Origin: an uncultured Candidatus Binatia bacterium
GTDB lineage: Bacteria; Desulfobacterota; Binatia; UBA9968; JAJDTQ01
Assembly (NCBI GenBank): GCA_965218305.1
Contig: OZ244617.1
Span: forward strand, 715,776 to 779,775
Direction of reading: 5' to 3'
Length of the DNA: 64,000 nucleotides
Shown: positions 10,026-18,590 of the stretch, piece by piece
How the letters are laid out: every line of letters starts with the position of its first letter
Numbering within the stretch: position 1 is the first letter of the stretch
The notes under the pieces: generated by a model
Database searches by the model: none
Seen by the model: the letters and a program-made list of their open reading frames with translations, nothing else
What the model was told of the DNA's origin: nothing
Position numbers and translations under genes: made by a program

Positions 10026-11742
10026 GAGGGGCCTCCTGGTTGCGAAACACCAGATGCAGGTTCTGCGTCGGCCGCACCGGAAAGGGATCGTGCCAGGACT
10101 CGGGCAGGGGCTCGTCCCACAGCCGGAGAGCCCCGTTCTCCTGCTTGACCACCACCATCTTCACCCAGTTCACGTTGTCGATGACGGGATAGTCCTCGCG
10201 GATGAAGGCGACCCGACTTTCGGTCCGGTACCGGTAGGCGCGCAGCGTCGCTTCCAGCACTTGGACGTACTGCGTGAGGCCCCATACCTTGGCCAGCTCG
10301 TGGGGGTCCTGGGCGGTGAGCCGGGGCACGTCGCGTTCACGCATCTCGCACAGCTCGTCCAACGCCGCGTCGATGCGGTCGGCGTGGAGCACCAATCCGA
10401 TCTTTTCCATCAGCAGCTCGCCGAGCCGGCGATGGACCGCGGAAAAGCCGACGCCGTCCCGGCGCAGGAGCGGCTCGCCGATCGCCTTGGTCACCCGCTC
10501 GATCTGTTCGGGCGCCGGTTGCGGAGAACCCGCCGACCGAACGTCCGCCCCCGCGGCCCGTCCCGTCCAGTCGCCCGTAACCGAGCAGAAGGGCAGGTTA
10601 CCGCCCGGCAGATAGGTCATGTCGGTGCAGGTGCCGGCCGCGTACAGCCCCGGTACGGTGGTCTCGCCGCGTTCGCTGACCCGCGCCCCGGCGCCGAAGA
10701 TGCCGCTGGTGCCGGCCACCTGGTAGGTGTAGGGGACCGGGTTCTCGGTCAGGTCGCCGGCCACGGCTTCCTGGTTCGACACCACGATGGGGATCACCCG
10801 CCGGATGAGCTCCATCCGTTCCGGCGACAACTCCCGCAAGTCCATGGCCGGGACCGTTCCCAGTTCCTTCTGATGGGCGATGGCGAAGTAGAGCAGCGCA
10901 CGGCTGGTCATCTCCATCCGCTTGGGGTCGTAGTCTTCCAGGAAACGCCGGCCGTCCTTGTCCACCCACTTGGCGCCCGACGGCATCAACGACTCCAGGC
11001 CCGGCGCGGAAAGCGCGTTGTCGGGGTTCAGGTTGATGCCCCCCAGCTCCAGCCGTGAAAGCTCCGCGCCGGCGCGCATCATCATGGCGATGCCGTCGCC
11101 GGAAAGGTCGACGGGCATGTAGCCCAGGGTGCTCCCGGGCCACGGGTAGGGGAACTTGTAGGGGCCGGTGCACACCACCGTGGCCTTGGCCAGGATCTCG
11201 TGGACTTCCCCGGTGCGCGTATGGAAGCCGCAGGCGCCGACCACCCGCCCGCCCGTGGGTAGCTGCCCGTCCGACGTCAGCAACTCGGTCAGTGCCACGC
11301 GGTTCAGCACCTCGACGCCGCTACCGATCACCCCCGAGCGCACCGCCATCATCATCTGCGGACCGCCTTCCGCCATCCACGCGCCGTTGGCGAAGGCCCG
11401 CCCGGGAGCGCCCATGCGGACGATCTTGCGCCCTTCCTTGATCCACTTGACGCCCCAGCCGTCCATGAGCATCAGGTGCTCGTACATGACCGGGAGCGAC
11501 CTGGCCACCAGGGGCTGGTTCACCAGGGGGCCGCCGAAAGCCCGGCCCCAGGCGTCCACGTCGTCGCCCGGCATGTAGGACGGGTACACCCCGGAAGCCA
11601 GCGCGCTGCAGCCGCTGCGGCCGAAAAACGAGCGGTCCACCAGCAGCACCCGCGCCCCCGCCTCCCGCGCCCGATAGGCGGCGAAGGCCCCGGCAATGCC
11701 GCCGCCGATGACCAGCACATCCGTTTCCAGCCGAACAGCCAT
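10012..11742 (-). CDS. FAD-dependent oxidoreductase (fumarate reductase/succinate dehydrogenase flavoprotein-like).
   Basis: VLVIGGGIAGAFAAYRA dinucleotide-binding motif. About 575 aa. Co-transcribed with the downstream ferredoxin. Confidence 0.75.
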   Translation of the reverse strand: MAVRLETDVLVIGGGIAGAFAAYRAREAGARVLLVDRSFFGRSGCSALASGVYPSYMPGDDVDAWGRAFGGPLVNQPLVARSLPVMYEHLMLMDGWGVKWIKEGRKIVRMGAPGRAFANGAWMAEGGPQMMMAVRSGVIGSGVEVLNRVALTELLTSDGQLPTGGRVVGACGFHTRTGEVHEILAKATVVCTGPYKFPYPWPGSTLGYMPVDLSGDGIAMMMRAGAELSRLELGGINLNPDNALSAPGLESLMPSGAKWVDKDGRRFLEDYDPKRMEMTSRALLYFAIAHQKELGTVPAMDLRELSPERMELIRRVIPIVVSNQEAVAGDLTENPVPYTYQVAGTSGIFGAGARVSERGETTVPGLYAAGTCTDMTYLPGGNLPFCSVTGDWTGRAAGADVRSAGSPQPAPEQIERVTKAIGEPLLRRDGVGFSAVHRRLGELLMEKIGLVLHADRIDAALDELCEMRERDVPRLTAQDPHELAKVWGLTQYVQVLEATLRAYRYRTESRVAFIREDYPVIDNVNWVKMVVVKQENGALRLWDEPLPESWHDPFPVRPTQNLHLVFRNQEAPRASR

Positions 11743-11834
11743 CGGACGGATCTTAGACAGGGCCGGGTGATTGTTCAAGGCGTAGTGCACAACGTGATTG
11801 CCGTTCGTCACGCCGGCAGGGGATACCTTCTGTC

Positions 11835-11871
11835 TTGACGTCCGTGGCTTACTTAGCTATACGTTTAGCTA
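11835..11871 (+). promoter_or_regulatory. Sigma70-like promoter (TTGACG-17-TATACG) with two TTAGCTA palindromic half-sites bracketing the -10. Likely an autoregulated operator for the toxin-antitoxin pair.
   Basis: TTGACG at 11835-11840, 17-nt spacer, TATACG at 11858-11863. TTAGCTA occurs at 11853-11859 and 11865-11871. TAGCTA is self-complementary. Confidence 0.5.
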
Positions 11872-11891
11872 GATTGGTGCCGGAGGGAACG

Positions 11892-12125
11892 ATGCTAGTC
11901 GTAAACGTACACCAGGCCAAGACGCAACTCTCGCGATTGTTGGCGAAAGTCGAGGCGGGCGAGGAAGTCGTCATCGCCCGTCGGGGTGAACCCGTCGTGC
12001 GGCTTGTCGGCTGCAAGATCCGAAGCCGGCGGCAGCCGGATGTCCTCAAGGGGAAGATCGTTATTCCCGATAGCTTCTTCGATCCCTTGCCGGCGGAGGA
12101 AGTCGAGGCATGGGAAGGTAGATGA
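11892..12125 (+). CDS. Type II antitoxin, Phd/YefM family.
   Basis: MLVVNVHQAKTQLSRLLAKVEAGEEVVIARRGEPVVRLV is the canonical Phd/YefM N-terminus. GGAGGG Shine-Dalgarno. Overlaps the toxin gene by 4 nt. Confidence 0.85.
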   Translation: MLVVNVHQAKTQLSRLLAKVEAGEEVVIARRGEPVVRLVGCKIRSRRQPDVLKGKIVIPDSFFDPLPAEEVEAWEGR

Positions 12126-12514
12126 CGGTGCGGGTCCTCCTGGACACCCATGCGTTTCTCTGGTGGCTTACGGACAGCAAGCGGCTTTCGGAGGCTGCAA
12201 AACGCGTCATTGCGGACGAGACGAACGACATCTCCGTAAGCGCTGTATCCGTCTGGGAGATTGCCACCAAGCACCGGCTCGGCCGACTCCCTGAGGGTGA
12301 AGCCGTGATTGACGATATTGTTGGCAGTATCGCCGGCCAGGGTTTCAAGGAACTGACAATCGATGTCGCCGACGCACAGCGCGCGGGACAGTTGCCCGGA
12401 CCTCATCGCGACCCCTTCGACCGGATGCTCATCGCCCAGGCTCTGGCGCGAGATCTGGTGGTGGTGTCAATAGATGCCGTATTCGACCGCTACGGCGTCA
12501 AGCGGCATTGGTGA
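12122..12514 (+). CDS. vapC: Type II toxin VapC (PIN-domain ribonuclease).
   Basis: LLDTHAFLWW...VSVWEI...DPFDRMLIAQA carries the conserved acidic residues of PIN domains. ATGA overlap with the antitoxin gene. Confidence 0.85.
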   Translation: MTVRVLLDTHAFLWWLTDSKRLSEAAKRVIADETNDISVSAVSVWEIATKHRLGRLPEGEAVIDDIVGSIAGQGFKELTIDVADAQRAGQLPGPHRDPFDRMLIAQALARDLVVVSIDAVFDRYGVKRHW

Positions 12515-12608
12515 CGGTGCATCCTAAGAAGCAAACACGGCAAGAAGGTTAAGAGGAGTGATCAGGGCGTTGAATATGAACAGGGTGTTGGAAGAGGGAG
12601 GGCGTTTA

Positions 12609-13571
12609 ATGAGCACGATACTGGGAAGCGGCGAGTTTCGTTACGAGGTTCAGGACGGCTGGGCGCAATTGCCCGACGGCATGAACTTCAAGGAGGTGGC
12701 GGCGGTGGGCGTGGACAAGGCCGACAACGTCTACTGCTTCACCCGTGGCGAGCACCCCATGATCGTCTTGGACAAGGACGGCCGCTTCCTGCGGACCTGG
12801 GGCGAGGGGGTGTTCGCTCGTGCCCACGGCGTCACCATGGGGCCGGAGGACACGATCTTTCTCACCGATGACGGCGACCACACGGTGCGCAAGTGCACCC
12901 TGGACGGCAAGGTGCTCATGACCCTGGGGGTTCCCGGCAAGGCCGCGGCCTTTCAGGAAGGGGATCCTTTCAACCGCTGCACCCACGTGGCCTTTTCGCC
13001 CCAGGGTGAGATCTACGTCTCGGATGGCTACGGCAACTCGCGGGTCCACAAGTATTCGCCGGACGGCAAGCTGCTCTTTTCCTGGGGCGAGCCCGGCACT
13101 GATCCGGGCCAGTTCAACCTGGTGCACAACATCTGCACCGACAAGGACGGCTGGGTCTACGTGGCCGACCGGGAGAACCACCGCATCCAGGTGTTCGACG
13201 GCAAGGGCCGGTTCGAAACCCAGTGGTGCGACAACCTGCACCGGCCGTGCGCGCTGTACATGGAGAACATGGACAACGGCGGCAAGCCCGTCTGTTATAT
13301 CGGCGAGCTGGGCCCCGGCACTTCTCAGAACGGCGCCTATCCGAACATCGGCCACCGCATCGTCATCCGCAATGGCGAAGGCGTGGAGCTGGCGCGCTTC
13401 GGCGATCCCGTCATGGGGGAGGGGCCGGGACAGTTCATCGCGCCCCACGGCCTCTGCCTGGATTCGAGCAGGAACCTCTACGTGGCGGAGGTTTCCTGGA
13501 CCATCATGGGAAGGCGGCTGGAGCCGCCGCGGGAGATGCGCAGCCTGCAGAAGCTGGTCAAGCTGGACTGA
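12609..13571 (+). CDS. NHL-repeat beta-propeller protein (peptidyl-alpha-hydroxyglycine alpha-amidating lyase-like).
   Basis: Repeated ...VYVSDGYGNSRVHKYSPDGK... and ...VYVADRENHRIQVFDGKG... NHL blades. Strong GGAGGGAGGG Shine-Dalgarno before the ATG at 12609. Confidence 0.75.
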   Translation: MSTILGSGEFRYEVQDGWAQLPDGMNFKEVAAVGVDKADNVYCFTRGEHPMIVLDKDGRFLRTWGEGVFARAHGVTMGPEDTIFLTDDGDHTVRKCTLDGKVLMTLGVPGKAAAFQEGDPFNRCTHVAFSPQGEIYVSDGYGNSRVHKYSPDGKLLFSWGEPGTDPGQFNLVHNICTDKDGWVYVADRENHRIQVFDGKGRFETQWCDNLHRPCALYMENMDNGGKPVCYIGELGPGTSQNGAYPNIGHRIVIRNGEGVELARFGDPVMGEGPGQFIAPHGLCLDSSRNLYVAEVSWTIMGRRLEPPREMRSLQKLVKLD

Positions 13572-13584
13572 TTCCCGCCGCGCG

Positions 13585-14817
13585 CTATTCGCCCGTGGGC
13601 TCCCGCGGCGCCTCATCCCCATGCGTGACCGAGGGAAGGATCCAGGGAATCGCCAGCCCCACCACGAGGGCGCCTACGCCGCCGATGAGGTACGGCGCGT
13701 TGGCGTTGACGTTGTCGAGGAGCCAGCCGGCCGCGGTGTTGGAGGCGATGCCGCCGATGCCGAGCCCCACCATGGCCGCGAGGCCCTGGGCGGTGGAGCG
13801 CAGGCGCCCTGGGGCTACCCGGTCCACGTACAGCGGCCCACCCATCATCAAGCCGGTCACCATCACGCCGTGGAGCATCTGCACCGGATAGATCCAGTAG
13901 GGGTTGGCGGTGAGGCCGCACACCGTCCAGCGGACGCCGCCGGCCAGGACGCCGGCGGCCAGCAGTCCTCGGGCGCCGATGCGCTTGAGACCCATGCCGG
14001 TGCACAGGATGAGGGGGATCTCGACGATGAGCATGAGGATCCACATGTTCTGCACCGTCTCCAGGGTGCCGCCCTGGGCACGGACGTACACCGGCAACAG
14101 CCCCATGGGGCCCGTGACGAACAGGTAGGCGCTGAAGGCGAAAACGAGCATACGGCGCATGGGGCCCCTGCGAAGCAGAACGCGCCACTCGCCCCGGGCG
14201 GCCCGTAGCGACGCGATGCCCTCCCTGGGGAGGGCGAGGCCGATGGCCGAGGCCAGCAGCACGATGACGGCGGTGCCGAGGAACATGACTCCCAGGCCCG
14301 GCTCCGAGGGGCCGCCTGCGCCTGGGCTCAACCCCTGCCATTGCTGCACCCGGTCCAGTGCCATCGGGAAGATCAGCACCGAGGCCAGGAAGCCCACGGT
14401 TCCCCAGGAGCGGGCGAAGCCGTAGGCGTGGGGCCCGGAATAGCGAAAGGCCGCCAGCGCGACGGAAACCGAAAGTGGTATGACCGGGGTCGAGAAGCAG
14501 GCCAGGAAGACCGCGGCCAGAAGAATGAGCACGAATCCGTGCGCCAGTCCCAGCAGCACGAAGCCCGCGGCGGACACCATGGAGAGAAACGCCACGAGCC
14601 GGCCCCGGGCGCCGGTGCGATCGGCCACCTGGCCCCAGAACGGCTGCGCGACGATGCCCACCAGCGGCATGACGGAGAGGACCATGCCCAGTTGGGTCCC
14701 GGTCAAGCCGGCGTTCTCCTTGAGATAGAGGCTGTAGTACGGGAAGAAAATACCCAAGGCCCCGAAGAAGGCGAACCAGAAAACAGAAATAGAGAAGCTG
14801 GGGCGCCGGAGGCTCAT
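13585..14817 (-). CDS. MFS transporter.
   Basis: 410 aa with about 12 predicted transmembrane segments and MFS-like loop motifs. Confidence 0.8.
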   Translation of the reverse strand: MSLRRPSFSISVFWFAFFGALGIFFPYYSLYLKENAGLTGTQLGMVLSVMPLVGIVAQPFWGQVADRTGARGRLVAFLSMVSAAGFVLLGLAHGFVLILLAAVFLACFSTPVIPLSVSVALAAFRYSGPHAYGFARSWGTVGFLASVLIFPMALDRVQQWQGLSPGAGGPSEPGLGVMFLGTAVIVLLASAIGLALPREGIASLRAARGEWRVLLRRGPMRRMLVFAFSAYLFVTGPMGLLPVYVRAQGGTLETVQNMWILMLIVEIPLILCTGMGLKRIGARGLLAAGVLAGGVRWTVCGLTANPYWIYPVQMLHGVMVTGLMMGGPLYVDRVAPGRLRSTAQGLAAMVGLGIGGIASNTAAGWLLDNVNANAPYLIGGVGALVVGLAIPWILPSVTHGDEAPREPTGE

Positions 14818-14883
14818 GGAGCCGCAGTCTAGCCGGGATCAGACGAGGAATGAAACTTGCGGTGTTTTGCTATAGATTGGGAC

Positions 14884-14918
14884 CCACTATACTCACGTGA
14901 TCCACTATACTCACGTGA
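14884..14918 (+). promoter_or_regulatory. Tandem direct repeat of 2 x 17 bp (CCACTATACTCACGTGA) in the divergent MFS/VOC intergenic region. Putative regulator binding site.
   Basis: Copies at 14884-14900 and 14902-14918 separated by 1 nt. Each contains a CACGTG palindrome. Lies between a TGcTATAGA extended -10-like element at 14868-14876 and the RBS/ATG of the VOC gene at 14949. Confidence 0.45.
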
Positions 14919-14948
14919 AACAGCACACTCGCGTACAGGAGGGTTGAG

Positions 14949-15338
14949 ATGGCACGACTCAAGCATATTGCGATAAGGACCGGGGATGTGGCGAAGACGG
15001 CGGCCTTTTACAAGGACGCGTTCGACCTCCAGGAGGTGGGCAAGGGCCGGAGCGGCGTCTACCTCTCCGACGGCCACATCAATCTCGCGATCCTGAACCT
15101 GAGAACGCCCACCTCGCCCGCGGGGGTGGAGCATTTCGGCTTCCAGGTGGATGATCTGGAGAAGACGGTGGACCGGGTGTCAGAGCTCGGCGGCGAGCAG
15201 CTCACGGATCTCGCCCGGGTGAACCCGACGGATCCGTCCCATCCCCAGTCGTATTTCGAGGTCAAGGTCACCGGCCCGGACGAGCAGGAGATCGACGTGT
15301 CCGACACCGGATGGGTCGGGGCGCCCCGGCAGGACTAG
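14949..15338 (+). CDS. VOC (glyoxalase) family protein.
   Basis: MARLKHIAIRTGDVAKTAAFYKDAFDL... CAGGAGGG Shine-Dalgarno. Confidence 0.8.
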   Translation: MARLKHIAIRTGDVAKTAAFYKDAFDLQEVGKGRSGVYLSDGHINLAILNLRTPTSPAGVEHFGFQVDDLEKTVDRVSELGGEQLTDLARVNPTDPSHPQSYFEVKVTGPDEQEIDVSDTGWVGAPRQD

Positions 15339-15366
15339 GTGACCTCCTGTGAACGGCGGCAAGCGG

Positions 15367-16173
15367 ATGCGCATGGGTGAGCTCTTCGAGGAGCTCGTCT
15401 GGGTCATGGCCCGCTTGCGGGGCGAGGGCGGGTGCCCGTGGGACCGGGAGCAGACCCATGCATCGCTCAAGCGGTACGCGCTGGAAGAGACCTACGAGCT
15501 CCTGGAGGCCATCGACGAGGACGACAGCGCCGCCATGCGGGAGGAGTTGGGCGACGTCCTGCTGCAGGTGCTGTTCCATTCCCAGTTGGCCGGCGAGGTC
15601 CGGCGCTTCGCCATCGATGAGGTGATGACCGGTCTGCGGGACAAGCTGGTGCGGCGGCATCCCCATGTCTTCGGTGACGAAACCGCGACGGACGCGGACG
15701 CGGTGCTGCGGAACTGGGAGAAGGTCAAGGCGCTGGAGAAACCGGCGAGCGGCGCCCAGGGGCACTCCCTCTTTACCTCGGTGCCGCGGGCCATGCCGGC
15801 GCTGGCGCGGGCCCAGCGCATCGGCGACAAGGCCGCCGGCGTCGGCTTCGACTGGCCGGACGTGGAGCCCGTCTGGCGCAAGGTCGAGGAAGAGCTGGGG
15901 GAGCTTAAGGAGGCGGTCGGAACCGGCCAGGCGCATCGCGTGGAGGCGGAGCTCGGCGATCTGTTGTTCTCGGTGGTCAACCTGAGCCGGTTCCTCAAGG
16001 TCCAGTCCGAGGAGGCGCTGACGGGCACCCTCGAGCGGTTCCAGAAACGCTTCGTTCATATCGAGCGGGAGCTCAAGGCCCGGGGCAAGACCGTGGGCGA
16101 GGCGTCGTTCGAGGAGATGGATGAACTGTGGGAGCAGGCCAAGGCCCTTGGTGAAGGCGAGAAGGGGCGTTAG
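15367..16173 (+). CDS. mazG: Nucleoside triphosphate pyrophosphohydrolase MazG.
   Basis: ...GGCPWDREQTH...EETYELLEAI...ELGDVLLQV... are the tandem MazG domains. The start is uncertain. Candidates are a GTG at 15349 and ATGs at 15367 and 15373. Confidence 0.85.
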   Translation: MRMGELFEELVWVMARLRGEGGCPWDREQTHASLKRYALEETYELLEAIDEDDSAAMREELGDVLLQVLFHSQLAGEVRRFAIDEVMTGLRDKLVRRHPHVFGDETATDADAVLRNWEKVKALEKPASGAQGHSLFTSVPRAMPALARAQRIGDKAAGVGFDWPDVEPVWRKVEEELGELKEAVGTGQAHRVEAELGDLLFSVVNLSRFLKVQSEEALTGTLERFQKRFVHIERELKARGKTVGEASFEEMDELWEQAKALGEGEKGR

Positions 16174-16191
16174 CGGCCCCCGCCGGTGGCT

Positions 16192-16806
16192 CTACAGATG
16201 ATCCCTGAAGACGGTCCAGACCAGGAAGGCGCCGGCCCCGATCAACAGGACGCCCGAGAAGACGTGTACGTAGGGCTCCATGCGGGCGGGCAGGAAACGC
16301 CTGCCGCGGCTTACGAGATACACGACCAGGAAGTTCATGGTGCCGGCCCCGAGCCAGAAACCCGCGGGGAACGACAGCGCCCCTTTCACGCCCTGGGCCT
16401 CGAATCCCTCGCGCACGAACGCAAAACCCACCGTCCCCCAGAAGATGTAGGCATAAGGATTCATGAGTTGGGTCAGAACACCTTTGACGAACGGAGGGAG
16501 CCTTCTCGAGCCGCAGTGACTGCCCGGTGCGACGGCCGCCGATCCGGCGCGGAAGGACTGGAGCCCCAGCCAGCAAAGGAACGCTCCGCCTGCAAGCCCT
16601 ACGGCCACGGCGCCCGACGGAATGGAGGACTGGAGCACCATCACCAGCGGCAGCATCACGCAGGCGTCCACGCACATGGGCGCCAGCGCGGTCTGCGCGC
16701 CCGGCCACGCGCCCCTGCGGAGCGTTTCGGTGGCGATGAGCGCCAGGATGGGGCCCGGCGTGGAGGCGACGGAAAACCCCATCGCGTACGCGAGCAGCAG
16801 GTTCAT
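16192..16806 (-). CDS. LysE/RhtB family amino-acid exporter.
   Basis: MNLLLAYAMGFSVASTPGP... N-terminal LysE signature and a hydrophobic body. ATG at 16806 chosen over an upstream TTG. Confidence 0.7.
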   Translation of the reverse strand: MNLLLAYAMGFSVASTPGPILALIATETLRRGAWPGAQTALAPMCVDACVMLPLVMVLQSSIPSGAVAVGLAGGAFLCWLGLQSFRAGSAAVAPGSHCGSRRLPPFVKGVLTQLMNPYAYIFWGTVGFAFVREGFEAQGVKGALSFPAGFWLGAGTMNFLVVYLVSRGRRFLPARMEPYVHVFSGVLLIGAGAFLVWTVFRDHL

Positions 16807-16898
16807 GGCGAGAGCGTAGCAACGCAACGCTTCAAACAAAATGGCCCGCTACAATCCAGGCCGGCCAGGAACCACATGAACGTCAGGGAGGATCACTG

Positions 16899-17417
16899 AT
16901 GAGCCACAAGAATATCGTCCACATCTCCGATGTCCCTTCCGAGCCGCTGCCGACTCCGGAGGGAACGTCTTTCGGCGGCTTGCGGCAGCGTGTCGGCGTC
17001 GCCGTTGGCGCGCAGAAGCTGGGGTACGGACTCTTCACCGTTCCCCCGGGTAAGACCGCTTTTCCGCTTCACGTCCACACCCTCAACGAGGAGCTGATTC
17101 ATATTCTCGGGGGCGAGGGGACGTTGCGGTTCGGGGACGAGACGGTGGCTGTGCGCGCCGGGATGTTCATCGCCTGCCCGGGGGGCGTGGACATGACCCA
17201 TCAGCTCGTGAACACGTCTGATGCCGACTTGCGCTACCTGTGCGTGAGCACCATGCAGTATCCCGACATCGTCCACTACCCGGACTCCGGCAAGGTCGGC
17301 GTTTACGCCGGGCCCGGCGCGTCCGGCCAAAAGCCTTTTCGCGGCATCTACAAGAAGGGGACCGAGGTGCCGTACTTCCAGGACGAGACCGGTCCCGAGG
17401 TAAAGGAACGGCCGTGA
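16899..17417 (+). CDS. Cupin domain protein.
   Basis: ...FTVPPGKTAFPLHVHTLNEELIHILGGEGTLRFGD... double-stranded beta-helix motif. GGGAGGA Shine-Dalgarno. Confidence 0.75.
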   Translation: MSHKNIVHISDVPSEPLPTPEGTSFGGLRQRVGVAVGAQKLGYGLFTVPPGKTAFPLHVHTLNEELIHILGGEGTLRFGDETVAVRAGMFIACPGGVDMTHQLVNTSDADLRYLCVSTMQYPDIVHYPDSGKVGVYAGPGASGQKPFRGIYKKGTEVPYFQDETGPEVKERP

Positions 17418-18379
17418 GCGCATTCCGCGTGGCGTTTCTCGACGCGGCGACTTTCGGCGTCATTTCCCTGGCCCGGTTCGAGGAAGCCGTCGAGTGCGCC
17501 GTGCACGAGCTGACGGAGGCGGACGAGCTGCCCGCGCGGCTCGAGGGCTGCGAGTGCGCGGTGGTGAACAAGTTCGTTCTCGATCGGCCGCGGCTGGAGC
17601 ATCCTTCGGCCGGGCAGCTCCGGCTTATCGGTGTGGGGGCCACGGGGACGGACAACGTCGATGTCGCATGCGCCAGGGAACGCGGGATCGCGGTGTGCAA
17701 CGTCCCGGGCTACGCGACCTCCGCGGTGGCCCAGTACACCCTGGCGCTGATCCTGGAGCTGGCGACCCAGGCGGCCCGATACGCCCAGGGGACACGCATG
17801 GGCCACTGGCAGGAGAGCACGATCTTCACGCGGCACGACTATCCGAGCTTCGAGCTTCAGGGACGGGTGCTGGGGATCGTCGGCTACGGCAACATCGGCC
17901 GCAAGGTAGCGGAGATGGCCCGCGTCTTCGGACTGCGCGTGATCGTGGCCGGTCGCGTGGGAGAAGACCGGCAGCCGGAACGGCTGCCGGTGGAGGAGGT
18001 GCTCCGACAGGCCGATTTCGTCAGCCTGCATTGCCCGCTGACGCCCCTCACCGAAGGGTTCATCAACCCGCATACCCTGTCTTTGATGAAGCCCACCGCC
18101 TACCTGGTGAATACCGCGCGAGGCGGCCTCGTGGAGGAAGCGGCTTTGATCGAGGCGCTGGAACAAGGCTGGATCGCGGGCGCGGCTCTGGACGTCATCT
18201 CGCAGGAACCGCCGGATGAAGGCCACCCGATGATGGCTGCGGCGGCCCGGCTGGACAACCTCCTGATCACCCCCCACTGTGCCTGGGCCGCCCGGGAGAC
18301 CCGCCAACGGCTGATGGACGAGGTGTTCGAGAATATTCAGGCCTTTCGGCGGAGCGAGAGGCGGAACCGCGTGGACTAG
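17414..18379 (+). CDS. D-isomer-specific 2-hydroxyacid dehydrogenase (glycerate/hydroxypyruvate reductase-like).
   Basis: GIVGYGNIGRKVA NAD-binding motif and ...ARGGLVEEAALIEAL...DV.SQEP... GTG start with AAGGAA Shine-Dalgarno. Overlaps the cupin stop codon. Confidence 0.85.
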   Translation: MSAFRVAFLDAATFGVISLARFEEAVECAVHELTEADELPARLEGCECAVVNKFVLDRPRLEHPSAGQLRLIGVGATGTDNVDVACARERGIAVCNVPGYATSAVAQYTLALILELATQAARYAQGTRMGHWQESTIFTRHDYPSFELQGRVLGIVGYGNIGRKVAEMARVFGLRVIVAGRVGEDRQPERLPVEEVLRQADFVSLHCPLTPLTEGFINPHTLSLMKPTAYLVNTARGGLVEEAALIEALEQGWIAGAALDVISQEPPDEGHPMMAAAARLDNLLITPHCAWAARETRQRLMDEVFENIQAFRRSERRNRVD

Positions 18380-18590
18380 TGTTGTGTCTCACAAACAGGT
18401 TTACAAAGATGCGCAGGACTTTTTGTTGTCGGCAAGGCGCGATGACGGGTCGGGACGACTGGCAGTCGCCCTCCCTCAGTGGCGTGCACCACGCGAGGAA
18501 GACCCCGGGTCAAGCCCGGAGGTGACGTACGCAGCCGGCGGCGAAAAGGACCAGCAGATTTGTAAACCTGTTTGTGAGACACAACACTAG
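18376..18590. mobile_element. MITE-like non-autonomous element (215 bp) with about 31-bp perfect terminal inverted repeats that begin and end in CTAG.
   Basis: Left end CTAGTGTTGTGTCTCACAAACAGGTTTACAAA at 18376-18407. Right end TTTGTAAACCTGTTTGTGAGACACAACACTAG at 18559-18590, its perfect reverse complement. No ORF. The terminal CTAGs supply the TAG stops of both flanking convergent genes. Confidence 0.7.
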
